From: Subdoligranulum sp. CAG:314
GTDB taxonomy: Bacteria; Bacillota; Clostridia; Christensenellales; CAG-314
DNA length: 64,000 nt
Assembly: GCA_000437915.1 (NCBI GenBank)
Contig: FR901000.1
Location: forward strand, 37,235 to 101,234
Direction of reading: 5' to 3'
The translations under genes were made by a program, and so were the position numbers. Positions 25,679-34,446 of this stretch are shown here, piece after piece. Below the pieces are notes generated by a model that did not search any database, was not told the DNA's origin, and was given only the letters and a program-made list of their open reading frames with translations. Numbering within the stretch: the first letter of the stretch is position 1; every line of letters starts with the position of its first letter.

Positions 25679-26950
25679 TCAAAGCGTCGCTATGCTGTCG
25701 CGGTCGGGACCTACCCCCGCGTAAGCCACCTTGACGCCGGTGTATTCTTCAATCAGTCTGAGATATTTTTTCGCGTTTTCAGGCAGGTCGGCAATTTTTC
25801 TGACGCGCGTAGTGTCGCATTTCCAACCCTCCATTTCGCGGTAAACGGGCTTAACCCTTTCAAGCTCCGAAGTCGAGGGCATGACGTCAAGCAGTCTGCC
25901 GTCAAGCTCGTAGCCTACGCACACCTTGATTTTGTCAAAGGAGTCCAGCTTGTCTATTTTGCATACGGCAAGCTCGGTGTAGCCGTTTATCTCCGCGCCG
26001 TACTTTACGACGGGCAAATCCAGCCAGCCCAGCCTGCGCGCTCTTCCCGTGCGCGCTCCGAACTCGTCGTCCACGTTCTCGCCGCTGCCGCGGAATGCCT
26101 CCGACTCGGCTTCTCCCATTTCCGTAGGGAAGGGCCCCTGCCCCACCGCGCTTGAAAACGCTTTGATAACGCCCGTAACGTCGGTGATTTTTCCTATGGG
26201 TACGCCGCACGACGCGCAGGCGTAAGCCACCGTGGGATTGCTGCTCGTTACGTAAGGATAAATACCGAGGTCCAAATCCTTCATTACTCCCAGCTGTCCC
26301 TCGAACAGCACGTTTCTGCCGCCGTCGATATATTTTCTTACAAAGGAAACGGGTTCGACAAGCCTGTGTGCAAGCTTGTACGACCAATACTGCAATTTTG
26401 AAAACAGCTGCTTCAAATCAACCTCCCCGCCGCCGAATGCTTTGAGCTCGAGGTTGATTAAGGGCAACACGCTTTCCAGACGACCTTTTGCGTAATCGAG
26501 ATTTTTCAGGTCGCCCATACGCAAAGCAATGCGTCTCGCCTTGTCCGCATAGGCGGGACCGATACCGCGCTTTGTGGTGCCTATTCCGTTTTTGCTGCGC
26601 TCGAAAAGCTCGTCCAACGTAATATGATAAGGCATCAGCATGGTTGCCCTTTCACTGATAAAAAGCTTCGAGCTGTCAACGCCCTTGGACTCTACGTCGG
26701 CAATTTCTTTGAGCAGCTCGTCCGGATTGACGACCATGCCCGTGCCCGCAAGAGCCGCGCACCTGTCGTAAAAAATGCCGCACGGAATCAGGTGCAGCTT
26801 GAATACGCCTTTGTCGTTGACAACGGTATGCCCCGCGTTGTCTCCTCCCTGATAACGCACTATCAGGTCGGCGTTTTGCGCAAGATAATCAACCATCTTG
26901 CCCTTTCCCTCGTCGCCCCATTGCGCTCCCACTACAATCCTTGTCGCCAT
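25679..26950 (-). CDS. purA: adenylosuccinate synthase
   Basis: VVGAQWGDEGKGK P-loop and GGDNAGHTV. Start trimmed to the ATG at 26950 (MATRIVVG). Confidence 0.95.
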   Translation of the reverse strand: MATRIVVGAQWGDEGKGKMVDYLAQNADLIVRYQGGDNAGHTVVNDKGVFKLHLIPCGIFYDRCAALAGTGMVVNPDELLKEIADVESKGVDSSKLFISERATMLMPYHITLDELFERSKNGIGTTKRGIGPAYADKARRIALRMGDLKNLDYAKGRLESVLPLINLELKAFGGGEVDLKQLFSKLQYWSYKLAHRLVEPVSFVRKYIDGGRNVLFEGQLGVMKDLDLGIYPYVTSSNPTVAYACASCGVPIGKITDVTGVIKAFSSAVGQGPFPTEMGEAESEAFRGSGENVDDEFGARTGRARRLGWLDLPVVKYGAEINGYTELAVCKIDKLDSFDKIKVCVGYELDGRLLDVMPSTSELERVKPVYREMEGWKCDTTRVRKIADLPENAKKYLRLIEEYTGVKVAYAGVGPDRDSIATL

Positions 26951-26986
26951 AATCCTTTTCTCCTTTTTTCTCGGTGCAATTTGCAT

Positions 26987-27013
26987 AAAAAAAGCATAGA
27001 CTTTCGCCTATGC
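26987..27013 (-). terminator. intrinsic terminator/attenuator in the purA leader
   Basis: The minus strand reads GCAUAGGC-GAAA-GUCUAUGC followed by U7, 36 nt upstream of the purA ATG. Confidence 0.5.
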
Positions 27014-27085
27014 CCGAGCCTTGCCGACAGTATGAGGAAAGACAGCGCCGCTCGGTTGCGTGTCAGATTGAAAAACAAAGCCCAT
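27008..27085 (-). CDS. candidate 25-codon leader peptide (uORF) of purA
   Basis: AGGAGG-8nt-ATG opens MGFVFQSDTQPSGAVFPHTVGKARA*. The final GCA TAG codons form the 5' arm of the terminator hairpin. Confidence 0.3.
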   Translation of the reverse strand: MGFVFQSDTQPSGAVFPHTVGKARA

Positions 27086-27104
27086 CGTCCTTTCCTCCTG
27101 TCGT

Positions 27105-27132
27105 ATTATATCATATTTTTTCCGAAACTCAA
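27105..27132 (-). promoter_or_regulatory. sigma-A-type promoter for the purA leader
   Basis: The minus strand reads TTGAGT-16nt-TGATATAAT (extended -10). Confidence 0.45.
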
Positions 27133-27292
27133 AATGTTTTTTTGCTGTTTGAACGATTTAAGGCATATCCTTTTCTGCGCATTTCCCCCTTTCGATTCAG
27201 GTATTGTCGCTTTCATATCGTTTCGCAGAACTATATACAGATTAAACCTCTTTCGCTTTCATATCTTAATTGAAATCCAAAATTATCTCCTG

Positions 27293-27877
27293 TTAATATA
27301 TAAATATTTCATCTTCAAAAGGCGTGTACTCCACTGTTTTTTTATTATACCTTACCGTTAAAGCATCAATTTCTCCCAATTCATCCCGTTCTATTCCCAA
27401 TATACAAACAAAGTGCTTGTTTTCCCCTTCGGGCAATAAGAGATTGGCGTCGTTAAATAATACATCTAAATCAATAACCAAAGAATTTTTTTCCTTGGTC
27501 AATTTCTTTACTTCTACTCTCTTTATCGGCTCGATGTTGGTGCTCCATTTTTTAACTATTATTACGAGAGAATTATTTGAAAAATATTGTCGGTCGTATC
27601 CGTCCAAAACTTCATTCAGCCTTGCATCGCTTTTTTGAGCGTCAACCGTCTCATCCCCAAGCCATCCTGCAGAATTGCGAAACGCATTTAAATCTTCAAG
27701 CGAATTGAGCAAAACCTCAGGTTGCAAATACTCTGGATATTCCTGTATATCAACATGCCCTCCCCGAAATTTAAAGCTCACCTTATTGGAACAGCCTGTC
27801 AAAAACATTGAACAAGCGAGAACTATCGCCACTGCCAAAATTATTTTTTTGCCAAAATCGACTTTTATTTTAATCAT
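27293..27877 (-). CDS. lipoprotein, unknown function (paralogue of 27966-28535)
   Basis: MIKIKVDFGKKIILAVAIVLACSMFLTGC lipobox; AAGGAAG SD; AT-rich. It shares ...LN.L..YD..FF....LV... and later blocks with the next gene. Confidence 0.65.
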   Translation of the reverse strand: MIKIKVDFGKKIILAVAIVLACSMFLTGCSNKVSFKFRGGHVDIQEYPEYLQPEVLLNSLEDLNAFRNSAGWLGDETVDAQKSDARLNEVLDGYDRQYFSNNSLVIIVKKWSTNIEPIKRVEVKKLTKEKNSLVIDLDVLFNDANLLLPEGENKHFVCILGIERDELGEIDALTVRYNKKTVEYTPFEDEIFIY

Positions 27878-27965
27878 TTTTTCTTCCTTTAAATGCAATA
27901 AAAAAGAAAAGCATTGTTTGTTAAACGCAATATCCCTATTCTTTCGTTTTTCAAATTTCCCTCTC

Positions 27966-28535
27966 TTATAAAATATTAAAATTGTAAATCGTATATTCGC
28001 TTTCTATATATCGATATTTTAAATCGGAACGATTAATTTCAGCTAAAATTACCCACTGTTCGCTAGGCATAACCATAGGTGTTGCAATAAATCCTGCATT
28101 GTAATCAATATCCAGCTCTATCCGTATACAATGCTCAACTAACTTTATTGATTTTAAAGTTATACCTTTGATTTGATAAGGACAACCGGTATAAATCGCA
28201 AAAACCAAAATCTTTTTATCAAAAAAGTCTTCGTCATAGTTCCGTAAAATTTGGTTTAATTCTCTTTCGCTATCTTCTTCGATACTTTCTTCAAATGCAG
28301 TAATATTTACGCGGCTACAATAAATTATCAGAGATTCAAAAAATTTTATAGAACTTTCGCCTCTGTAATAGTTACTATAATTTGCTTTACAATAGCTTCC
28401 GCTGTAACGTATTTCGTATTTGACGTTTATCGCTTCTTTTTCTTCGGGGGTACACCCGCACAGAAAACACATACACAGCAACAATAAAAGAGCTACCGCA
28501 ACAATCGACTTTACTTTGTTTATTTTTTTGTTCAT
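27966..28535 (-). CDS. lipoprotein, unknown function
   Basis: MNKKINKVKSIVAVALLLLLCMCFLCGC lipobox; AT-rich; paralogous to 27293-27877. Confidence 0.65.
   Translation of the reverse strand: MNKKINKVKSIVAVALLLLLCMCFLCGCTPEEKEAINVKYEIRYSGSYCKANYSNYYRGESSIKFFESLIIYCSRVNITAFEESIEEDSERELNQILRNYDEDFFDKKILVFAIYTGCPYQIKGITLKSIKLVEHCIRIELDIDYNAGFIATPMVMPSEQWVILAEINRSDLKYRYIESEYTIYNFNIL
28463..28535 (-). repeat. signal-peptide cassette, copy 1
   Basis: About 70 nt is roughly four-fifths identical by hand alignment to 29143-29215, including the identical runs AAAACACATACACAGC and CAATCGACTTTACTTT. Confidence 0.7.
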
Positions 28536-28570
28536 ATACTTTCTCCCTCTGTTTTAATTTTATTGTCGAA

Positions 28571-29215
28571 TCATAAATCAAAATATTTTTTACCAATGAA
28601 ATATATGCATTCACATGCCTGCGCAGTTTCCGGTTGACCGCTTTGAAAAGGGAATTTTTCACCTGAAATCAAATTGACAAAATCTTCTCCTGTTTTGATT
28701 GCCGGTATATAATAACAGTCTTCACTTTCTAAAAGATAATACTTAGCGTTGCCTGCATTCGCTACATAAAACGGACTTCTGTCGTAAACTATTTTGTTGC
28801 CATCTTCATCCAAAATCCACTCTTGCTCGGACGTAGTTGGATTTAAAGTATAAGGACTCCAAGTGCGAATAATTGTTGAGTTGGATAATGTGTACATACT
28901 TGTCCTAAATCCCAACCAACCGAAAACTTTGTTCAACTCGTCGCCCACAAGAACATATAAATAACCGTAGGGCTCAAATTCCACCAAAAAAATATTCAGC
29001 ATCCCATTTTCGTTATAAAGCGGTTTTATTTCAAAGCCCGTCCGTTTGCCATTGTCCTCCGCCATAAATCTTTTTTCTATACGCTCGGACATCCTCTGAA
29101 TATGTTGTTCTGTAGTATAGTCGCTTGCCTGACGCGCGTGCCCCCAAACAAAACACATACACAGCGAAAACAAAAGGACTAACGCGACAATCGACTTTAC
29201 TTTTATTTTGTTCAT
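28571..29215 (-). CDS. exported protein, unknown function
   Basis: The MNKIKVKSIVALVLLFSLCMCFVWG signal peptide is nearly identical to that of 27966-28535, but the mature part is unrelated. Confidence 0.6.
   Translation of the reverse strand: MNKIKVKSIVALVLLFSLCMCFVWGHARQASDYTTEQHIQRMSERIEKRFMAEDNGKRTGFEIKPLYNENGMLNIFLVEFEPYGYLYVLVGDELNKVFGWLGFRTSMYTLSNSTIIRTWSPYTLNPTTSEQEWILDEDGNKIVYDRSPFYVANAGNAKYYLLESEDCYYIPAIKTGEDFVNLISGEKFPFQSGQPETAQACECIYFIGKKYFDL
29143..29215 (-). repeat. signal-peptide cassette, copy 2
   Basis: See copy 1 (28463-28535). Confidence 0.7.
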
Positions 29216-29299
29216 TTAGCCTCCTCCCTGAATTTTTAATCAGATAAACCAAATCCCGTTGTGCAAAATCCTTTACGCTCCCCCGACGCGATTTTAAAT

Positions 29300-29341
29300 C
29301 AAATAAAAACCGCAACACAAACCAAAACGGTCGGTTGCGGT
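29300..29341 (-). terminator. intrinsic terminator downstream of fumC
   Basis: ACCGCAAC/GTTGCGGT stem, then TTTTTATTT on the minus strand. Confidence 0.6.
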
Positions 29342-29485
29342 AAACAGACGTAAAAATCGGGTTAAATTTTTCAGGCGGACGTCATTTCGGGCAGAACTTT
29401 AATACCGTCTTTGCAGTTATCTTACCACACATATTAAAGTAAGTCAACGAATTTATATCCGAGTTGTTTCAGCGTTTTTTTCGCC

Positions 29486-30844
29486 TTATTGCGGCTGCGT
29501 GGCTTTTTCAATCGCCTTGTCGAACTGCTCCTCCGTGAGAAATCCAAGTTTAAGCGCCGCCTGTTTGAGCGTCAATCCCTCTTTCCGCGCGGTTTTGACA
29601 ATAAAAGCCGCACGGTCGTAGCCCACGACGGGAGAAAGGGCTGTCGCAAGCATAAGGTTTTTGTCCAGATTGTCCTTCATTCTGCGCTCGTTCGGAACAA
29701 TGCCCGCGACGCAATTTTTGTCAAAGCTTTCAGCCGCCTGCGCAAGCAGGTTGATGCTTTCGATTGCCTTAAAGGCAATGACGGGCATACAGGCGTTAAG
29801 CTGCAGCTGTCCCAGCGCGCACGCCGCAGTAATCGTCTGATGATTGCCGAAAACCTCGCAGCACACCATAATCATTGCCTCGCATTGAGTAGGATTTACC
29901 TTGCCGGGCATAATCGAGCTGCCCGGTTCGTTTGCGGGCAAGGATATTTCCGCTATGCCCGTGTCGGGGCCGCAGGCAAGGAATCTGACATCGCCCGCGA
30001 TTTTCAGCAAATCGGCTGCAAGCGTATTCAGCGCGCCGTGAAAATTGAGCGCCGCGTTTTTTGAGGACAGCCCCGCGAATTTGTCCTTTGCCGGCACAAA
30101 AGGCAAACCGTATATTTCGGAAAGACACTTTACCGCCGCCCTGTCAAAGCCTGCGGGCGCGTTCAGTCCCGTGCCCACGGCGGTGCCGCCCAAAGGAAGA
30201 GCGTAAAGATACTTCATGCTGTCGTCAATCATCGACAGGTCGTTTTCAATCAACGTCTCAAACGCGCCCAGCTCGCTGCCGAAAGTCACGGGAGTGGCGT
30301 CCTGCAAGTGAGTGCGCCCCGATTTGACAATACCGCCGTACTTTTTCTTTAAACCTCCGAATGAGGCTGCAAGGCTTTTGAGGGCGGGACGAAGACGCGT
30401 GCAGTACAGCTCCGCGCAGCAGACGTGTATTGCGGTAGGAAACACGTCGTTGGTGCTCTGCGACATATTGACCTTGTCGTTTGCGTGAGCCTGAACGCCG
30501 TTTTGACTGCACAGACGGGAAATAACCTCGTTGAGGTTCATGTTGGTCTGCGTTCCGCTGCCCGTCTGAAAAACCACAAGCGGAAACATATCGTCCGCGC
30601 CGCCCGACAAAATCAACTCGCACGCCGCAACGATTGCCCGCTCGGTTTTCGCGTCAAGCACGCCAAGCCGCGCGTTTGCCTTTGCCGCCGCCTTTTTGAC
30701 GTTGGCAAGCGCATAGACAAGCTCCTTGGGCATTTGTTGCCCGATGCGGAAATTCCTGCGGCTGCGCTCGGTCTGCGCGCCCCACAAAGCGCCGCTTTCT
30801 ATTTCTATTTCTCCGAAACTGTCTTTTTCCTTTCTGTAATCCAT
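29486..30844 (-). CDS. fumC: class II fumarate hydratase
   Basis: GSSIMPGKVNPTQCEAM signature (TQ favours fumarase over aspartase). Start trimmed to MDYRKEKDSFGEIEI. Confidence 0.88.
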   Translation of the reverse strand: MDYRKEKDSFGEIEIESGALWGAQTERSRRNFRIGQQMPKELVYALANVKKAAAKANARLGVLDAKTERAIVAACELILSGGADDMFPLVVFQTGSGTQTNMNLNEVISRLCSQNGVQAHANDKVNMSQSTNDVFPTAIHVCCAELYCTRLRPALKSLAASFGGLKKKYGGIVKSGRTHLQDATPVTFGSELGAFETLIENDLSMIDDSMKYLYALPLGGTAVGTGLNAPAGFDRAAVKCLSEIYGLPFVPAKDKFAGLSSKNAALNFHGALNTLAADLLKIAGDVRFLACGPDTGIAEISLPANEPGSSIMPGKVNPTQCEAMIMVCCEVFGNHQTITAACALGQLQLNACMPVIAFKAIESINLLAQAAESFDKNCVAGIVPNERRMKDNLDKNLMLATALSPVVGYDRAAFIVKTARKEGLTLKQAALKLGFLTEEQFDKAIEKATQPQ

Positions 30845-30904
30845 AAATACCTCGCGGCAATTATACCACAAAAGCGCGCCTCCTTCAACCGCAGGGACGC
30901 TCAA

Positions 30905-30935
30905 AACAAAAAAGCCGTCTTTGTACGACGGCTTT
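30905..30935 (-). terminator. intrinsic terminator after rplL
   Basis: AAAGCCGTC/GACGGCTTT stem followed by a T-run on the minus strand. Confidence 0.65.
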
Positions 30936-30946
30936 TCGATAAATGC

Positions 30947-31321
30947 TTATTTTAGCTCCGCAACAGCTCCCGCTTCCTTGAGCTTTGCGACCATCTGTTC
31001 GGCAAGCTCCTTGGGCTGAGCTTCTTTGATTGTGGAAGGAGCGCTTTCCACCATGTTTTTCGCTTCCACGAGTCCGAGACCGGTTAGCTCTCTGACAACC
31101 TTGATGACGTTGAGTTTGCTCGCGCCGATTTCCTTCAAAACGACGTCGAACTCCGTCTTTTCCTCTGCGGGAGCCGCAGCCGCTCCGCCTGCCGCGGGAC
31201 CGGCAACCGCGACCGCAGCCGCGCTTACGCCGAATTCGTTTTCTATTGCTTTTACAAGCTCGTTGAGTTCAAGAACGCTGAGCGCCTTTATATCTTCTAT
31301 AAATTTTGCAATATCTGCCAT
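30947..31321 (-). CDS. rplL: 50S ribosomal protein L7/L12
   Basis: [32 protein letters not shown]... Ala-rich hinge ...[15 protein letters not shown]. Confidence 0.97.
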   Translation of the reverse strand: MADIAKFIEDIKALSVLELNELVKAIENEFGVSAAAVAVAGPAAGGAAAAPAEEKTEFDVVLKEIGASKLNVIKVVRELTGLGLVEAKNMVESAPSTIKEAQPKELAEQMVAKLKEAGAVAELK

Positions 31322-31378
31322 TTTTTTAATCTCCTTTAAATTTTTTCCGCGGTTTTCCGCTTTTTTTAAATTACGCGA

Positions 31379-31870
31379 TTAAGCGCTTTGTTTTTCCGCA
31401 ACTGCATTGAGGGCGATTGCGAGACCCTGTATGGGAGCGTTGAGCACGTTTGCCAACATTCCGTAAAGAACCTGTTTGCCGGGAATTTTCGCCAAAGCCT
31501 GCACCGTCTTGTCGTCGACGTAAGCCTTGTCCATCATTCCGCACTTAATGGACATAACCTTGTACTTGTCTATGCCCTCGCTGACAACCTTTGCGGGCGC
31601 GATTGCGTCGTCGTAAGATATGGCGATTGCGGTAGGTCCGTTGAGCGCGGCGTCGAAATCCTTGTAACCAAGCTCGTTGAGAGCTATCCTGACCAGCGTG
31701 TTTTTAAGCACCTTGTACTCTACGTTCGCCTTTCTGAACTCGGCGCGGAATTCGGTATCCTTTTCCACCGTGAGTCCTTTGTAATCGATAATGACAAACG
31801 AAGCGCATCTTTCAAACTTTTCTTTGAGGTCGTCTATGATTGCTCTCTTTGCGATTTGACTCTCTCTCAT
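31379..31870 (-). CDS. rplJ: 50S ribosomal protein L10
   Basis: Start trimmed to MRESQIAKRAIIDDLKEKFERCASFVIIDYKGLTV; GGAGGAAATCAG SD. Confidence 0.95.
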   Translation of the reverse strand: MRESQIAKRAIIDDLKEKFERCASFVIIDYKGLTVEKDTEFRAEFRKANVEYKVLKNTLVRIALNELGYKDFDAALNGPTAIAISYDDAIAPAKVVSEGIDKYKVMSIKCGMMDKAYVDDKTVQALAKIPGKQVLYGMLANVLNAPIQGLAIALNAVAEKQSA

Positions 31871-32023
31871 CTGATTTCCTCCTTTAAATATTTTGCCGGG
31901 AAAAACCCCGTATAAAAACCCTTGCACTAACAAAAGTACAAGGGTCGGAAGAACTTTTACCGTCTTGTACCTCGGCAAGATTTGCTGTCACTTGCTGTCT
32001 TTGGTCAAGGGAATTTATTTTGT
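31871..32023 (-). promoter_or_regulatory. rplJ 5' leader (possible L10-binding autoregulatory leader)
   Basis: A 153-nt untranslated spacer with the hairpin GTACAAG...CTTGTAC. The position is equivalent to the L10 leaders of Firmicutes. No covariance model was run. Confidence 0.3.
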
Positions 32024-32713
32024 TTAAGCGGTGCGGTAATTGACCTTTATGCCGGGTCCCATCGTCGAAGAAACGGTGACGCTTTTGACATAAGTGCCTT
32101 TTGCCGCCGCAGGCTTCGCCTTGATGATGGCGTCCATGATTGTGGAAAGGTTTTCCATAAGCTTCTCTTTGCCGAAGCTCTTTTTGCCGAATATGACGTG
32201 GCATATTGCGGTTTTGTCCACTCTGTACTCCACTTTACCTGCTTTGACGTCGTTTATGGCTTTTGTTATATCCTGAGTTACCGTGCCGCTCTTGGGGTTG
32301 GGCATCAGTCCCTTAGGGCCGAGAAGCTTACCTATACGGCCTACAAGTCCCATCATATCGGGGCTTGTGATGCAGACGTCGAAATCAAACCAGTTTTCGG
32401 TCTGAATCTTCTGTATGATTTCCTCCGCGCCGACGAAGTCCGCTCCCGCCTTGGTCGCTTCGTCCGCTTTTTCGCCCTTGGCTATGACAAGAACGCGGAC
32501 GGTTTTGCCCGTTCCGTTGGGAAGAACCACAACGCCTCTGACCTGTTGGTCGGCATGACGGGGGTCAACACCCAATCTCACGTGCAGCTCCATGGTTTCG
32601 TCAAACTTGGCTTTCGCCGTCTGGAGAGCCAATTCTATCGCCTCTCCCGTTTCATACTGTTTGGACCTGTCTATGAGCTTTGCGCTCTCTACGTATCTTT
32701 TACCCTTTTTCAT
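32024..32713 (-). CDS. rplA: 50S ribosomal protein L1
   Basis: [20 protein letters not shown]...[19 protein letters not shown]. Confidence 0.96.
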   Translation of the reverse strand: MKKGKRYVESAKLIDRSKQYETGEAIELALQTAKAKFDETMELHVRLGVDPRHADQQVRGVVVLPNGTGKTVRVLVIAKGEKADEATKAGADFVGAEEIIQKIQTENWFDFDVCITSPDMMGLVGRIGKLLGPKGLMPNPKSGTVTQDITKAINDVKAGKVEYRVDKTAICHVIFGKKSFGKEKLMENLSTIMDAIIKAKPAAAKGTYVKSVTVSSTMGPGIKVNYRTA

Positions 32714-32726
32714 CGCAAAGCCCTCC

Positions 32727-33152
32727 TCAGTCAACCACGACAATGCCCATGCTGCGGGCAGTGCCGGCTATCATGCTGCAAGCCGATTCCAAGGACGCCG
32801 CGTTGAGGTCTACCATTTTTGTCTTTGCTATTTCCTCAATCTGCGCTTTGGTTATGTTGGCAACCTTTGTTTTGTTGGGAACCGCAGACGCCGTCTCGAT
32901 GCCGCACGCTTTTTTAATCAGCACGGGCGCGGGAGGCGTTTTGAGCACAAACGAAAAGGACCTGTCCTGATAGATAGTGACAATAACGGGAATAATCAAT
33001 CCCGCCTTGTCCGCGGTCTTTGCGTTGAACTCTTTGGTAAAGCCCGGAATGTTGATGCCGTGAGGTCCCAATGCGGAGCCTACGGGAGGCGCGGGCGTCG
33101 CTTTGCCCGCGGGCAGCTGCAATTTGACAACCGCCGTAACTTTTTTCGCCAT
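32727..33152 (-). CDS. rplK: 50S ribosomal protein L11
   Basis: [35 protein letters not shown]. Confidence 0.96.
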   Translation of the reverse strand: MAKKVTAVVKLQLPAGKATPAPPVGSALGPHGINIPGFTKEFNAKTADKAGLIIPVIVTIYQDRSFSFVLKTPPAPVLIKKACGIETASAVPNKTKVANITKAQIEEIAKTKMVDLNAASLESACSMIAGTARSMGIVVVD

Positions 33153-33242
33153 TTTTATCTCCTGATATGTGGTATTGATGAAACGCATGAAAATATTTAC
33201 GTTTCTCCCACTCGGACGCTTTCAAAAAACGTCCGTAAAAAA

Positions 33243-33773
33243 CTATTTCAATGCCTCGACCTGCACAAAATCCATTTCGACGGCGGTCTCCCGTCCGAAC
33301 ATATTGAGCACAAGTCCCACCTTTTGGTGCGCGCGGTCGATTGATTTTATCACTCCGATAAGTCCCTCGAAAGGTCCGTTGACCACCTTTACACTGTCTC
33401 CGATTTCCATATCGAAATCGACAACGACCTCTTCGAGACGCAGCCGTCTGACCTCGTCCTCGTCGAGAGGCCATGCCTTGCCCTGCGGACCGACAAAGCC
33501 GGTGACGCCGCGGCAGGTATATGTCAGCATATACCACAGCTGGGAGGAGTAAACCAGCTTTACGAAAACGTAACAAGGCATCGTCTTGTTTTCCACCGCT
33601 TTCTTTTTGCCGTTCTTTTCCTCTATGGTCTGCTCGGTAGGGATTTTTATGTCGAGAATCTGTTCTTGAAGATTGTTGTTTTCAATCATCTGTTCCAGAT
33701 TTGCCTTGACTATATTTTCATATCCCGCATAGGTGTGCAGAATATACCACTTGGCTTCCTTGTTTTCGCTCAT
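33243..33773 (-). CDS. nusG: transcription termination/antitermination factor NusG
   Basis: WYILHTYAGYENIVKANLE N-terminal NGN domain and a C-terminal KOW (GDSVKVVNGPFEG). Confidence 0.96.
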   Translation of the reverse strand: MSENKEAKWYILHTYAGYENIVKANLEQMIENNNLQEQILDIKIPTEQTIEEKNGKKKAVENKTMPCYVFVKLVYSSQLWYMLTYTCRGVTGFVGPQGKAWPLDEDEVRRLRLEEVVVDFDMEIGDSVKVVNGPFEGLIGVIKSIDRAHQKVGLVLNMFGRETAVEMDFVQVEALK

Positions 33774-33786
33774 TTCCCACCGATTT

Positions 33787-34017
33787 TTACGACACGCCCG
33801 TAAGCGCTTTGAGCGCTGCAGAAAGACCGAAATCGGCGGCGCCGATAATCAACGTAAAGAATATAACGACAGCCAAAACGATACCCGTATTTTTTACGAC
33901 GGTCGCAAAGGACGGCCACGTGACCTTTTTAAGTTCAGACGCGCTCTTACCCAAAAAATTGCCGAAACGTCTGAATACGTTGGGCTTTTTATTGCCGACT
34001 TGATTGTTTTTCGCCAT
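33787..34017 (-). CDS. secE: preprotein translocase subunit SecE
   Basis: 76 aa; ELKKVTWPS motif plus a single TM helix; sits between rpmG and nusG. Confidence 0.9.
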   Translation of the reverse strand: MAKNNQVGNKKPNVFRRFGNFLGKSASELKKVTWPSFATVVKNTGIVLAVVIFFTLIIGAADFGLSAALKALTGVS

Positions 34018-34060
34018 AGTTCAACCCTCTTTCAGTTGGCGCAAGGTTGTCCAATTAAAA

Positions 34061-34228
34061 TTATTTGGCTTCCTTGTGCGCGGTGTGTTTTTTGCAGAAT
34101 CTGCAATATTTGTTAAGCTCCAGTCTGTCGGTGGTGTTCTTTTTGTTTTTGTAACCGTCGTAGTTACGTTGTTTACACTCCGTGCAAGCCAAAGTTATCT
34201 TAACTCTGTTGCCCTTGGTATTAGCCAT
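34061..34228 (-). CDS. rpmG: 50S ribosomal protein L33
   Basis: Hand translation gives [55 protein letters not shown] (55 aa, below the ORF-track cutoff). Confidence 0.9.
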   Translation of the reverse strand: MANTKGNRVKITLACTECKQRNYDGYKNKKNTTDRLELNKYCRFCKKHTAHKEAK

Positions 34229-34399
34229 CGTACTATCTCCTAAAATTTTTCAGTGCAAAAATTTGCACCCCTTAAAAGAGTGCTTGTTTATGTTAGCAAA
34301 GACCGAAGGTTTTGTCAAGCAAAAAATCGGACAAAACCCAAAAAAAACGCTTTTTCCCAGATATTTTTTTCCGACGGCGGCAAACGTCCGAGCTTTGCC

Positions 34400-34432
34400 G
34401 AAAAAAGTCCGCAGACGCAACGTCTGCGGACT
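34400..34432 (-). terminator. intrinsic terminator after tuf
   Basis: 12-bp stem AGTCCGCAGACG/CGTCTGCGGACT followed by TTTTTT on the minus strand. Confidence 0.7.
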
Positions 34433-34446
34433 TTGTTTGAAAATTG

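Noticed and set aside
26951-27104. A purine, ZTP or PRPP riboswitch in the purA leader.
   Set aside because: I could not find the conserved cores (for example the UAUAAU...CCGUAAAU junction of purine switches, or GGGUCGUGACUGGCG/CCGCCUGGGC of ZTP). The uORF-terminator geometry explains the leader better. Still, an Rfam scan should be run.
29486-30844. Calling this lyase aspartate ammonia-lyase (aspA) rather than fumC.
   Set aside because: The signature reads GSSIMPGKVNPTQCEA, the fumarase-type variant. Residual uncertainty is reflected in the confidence value.
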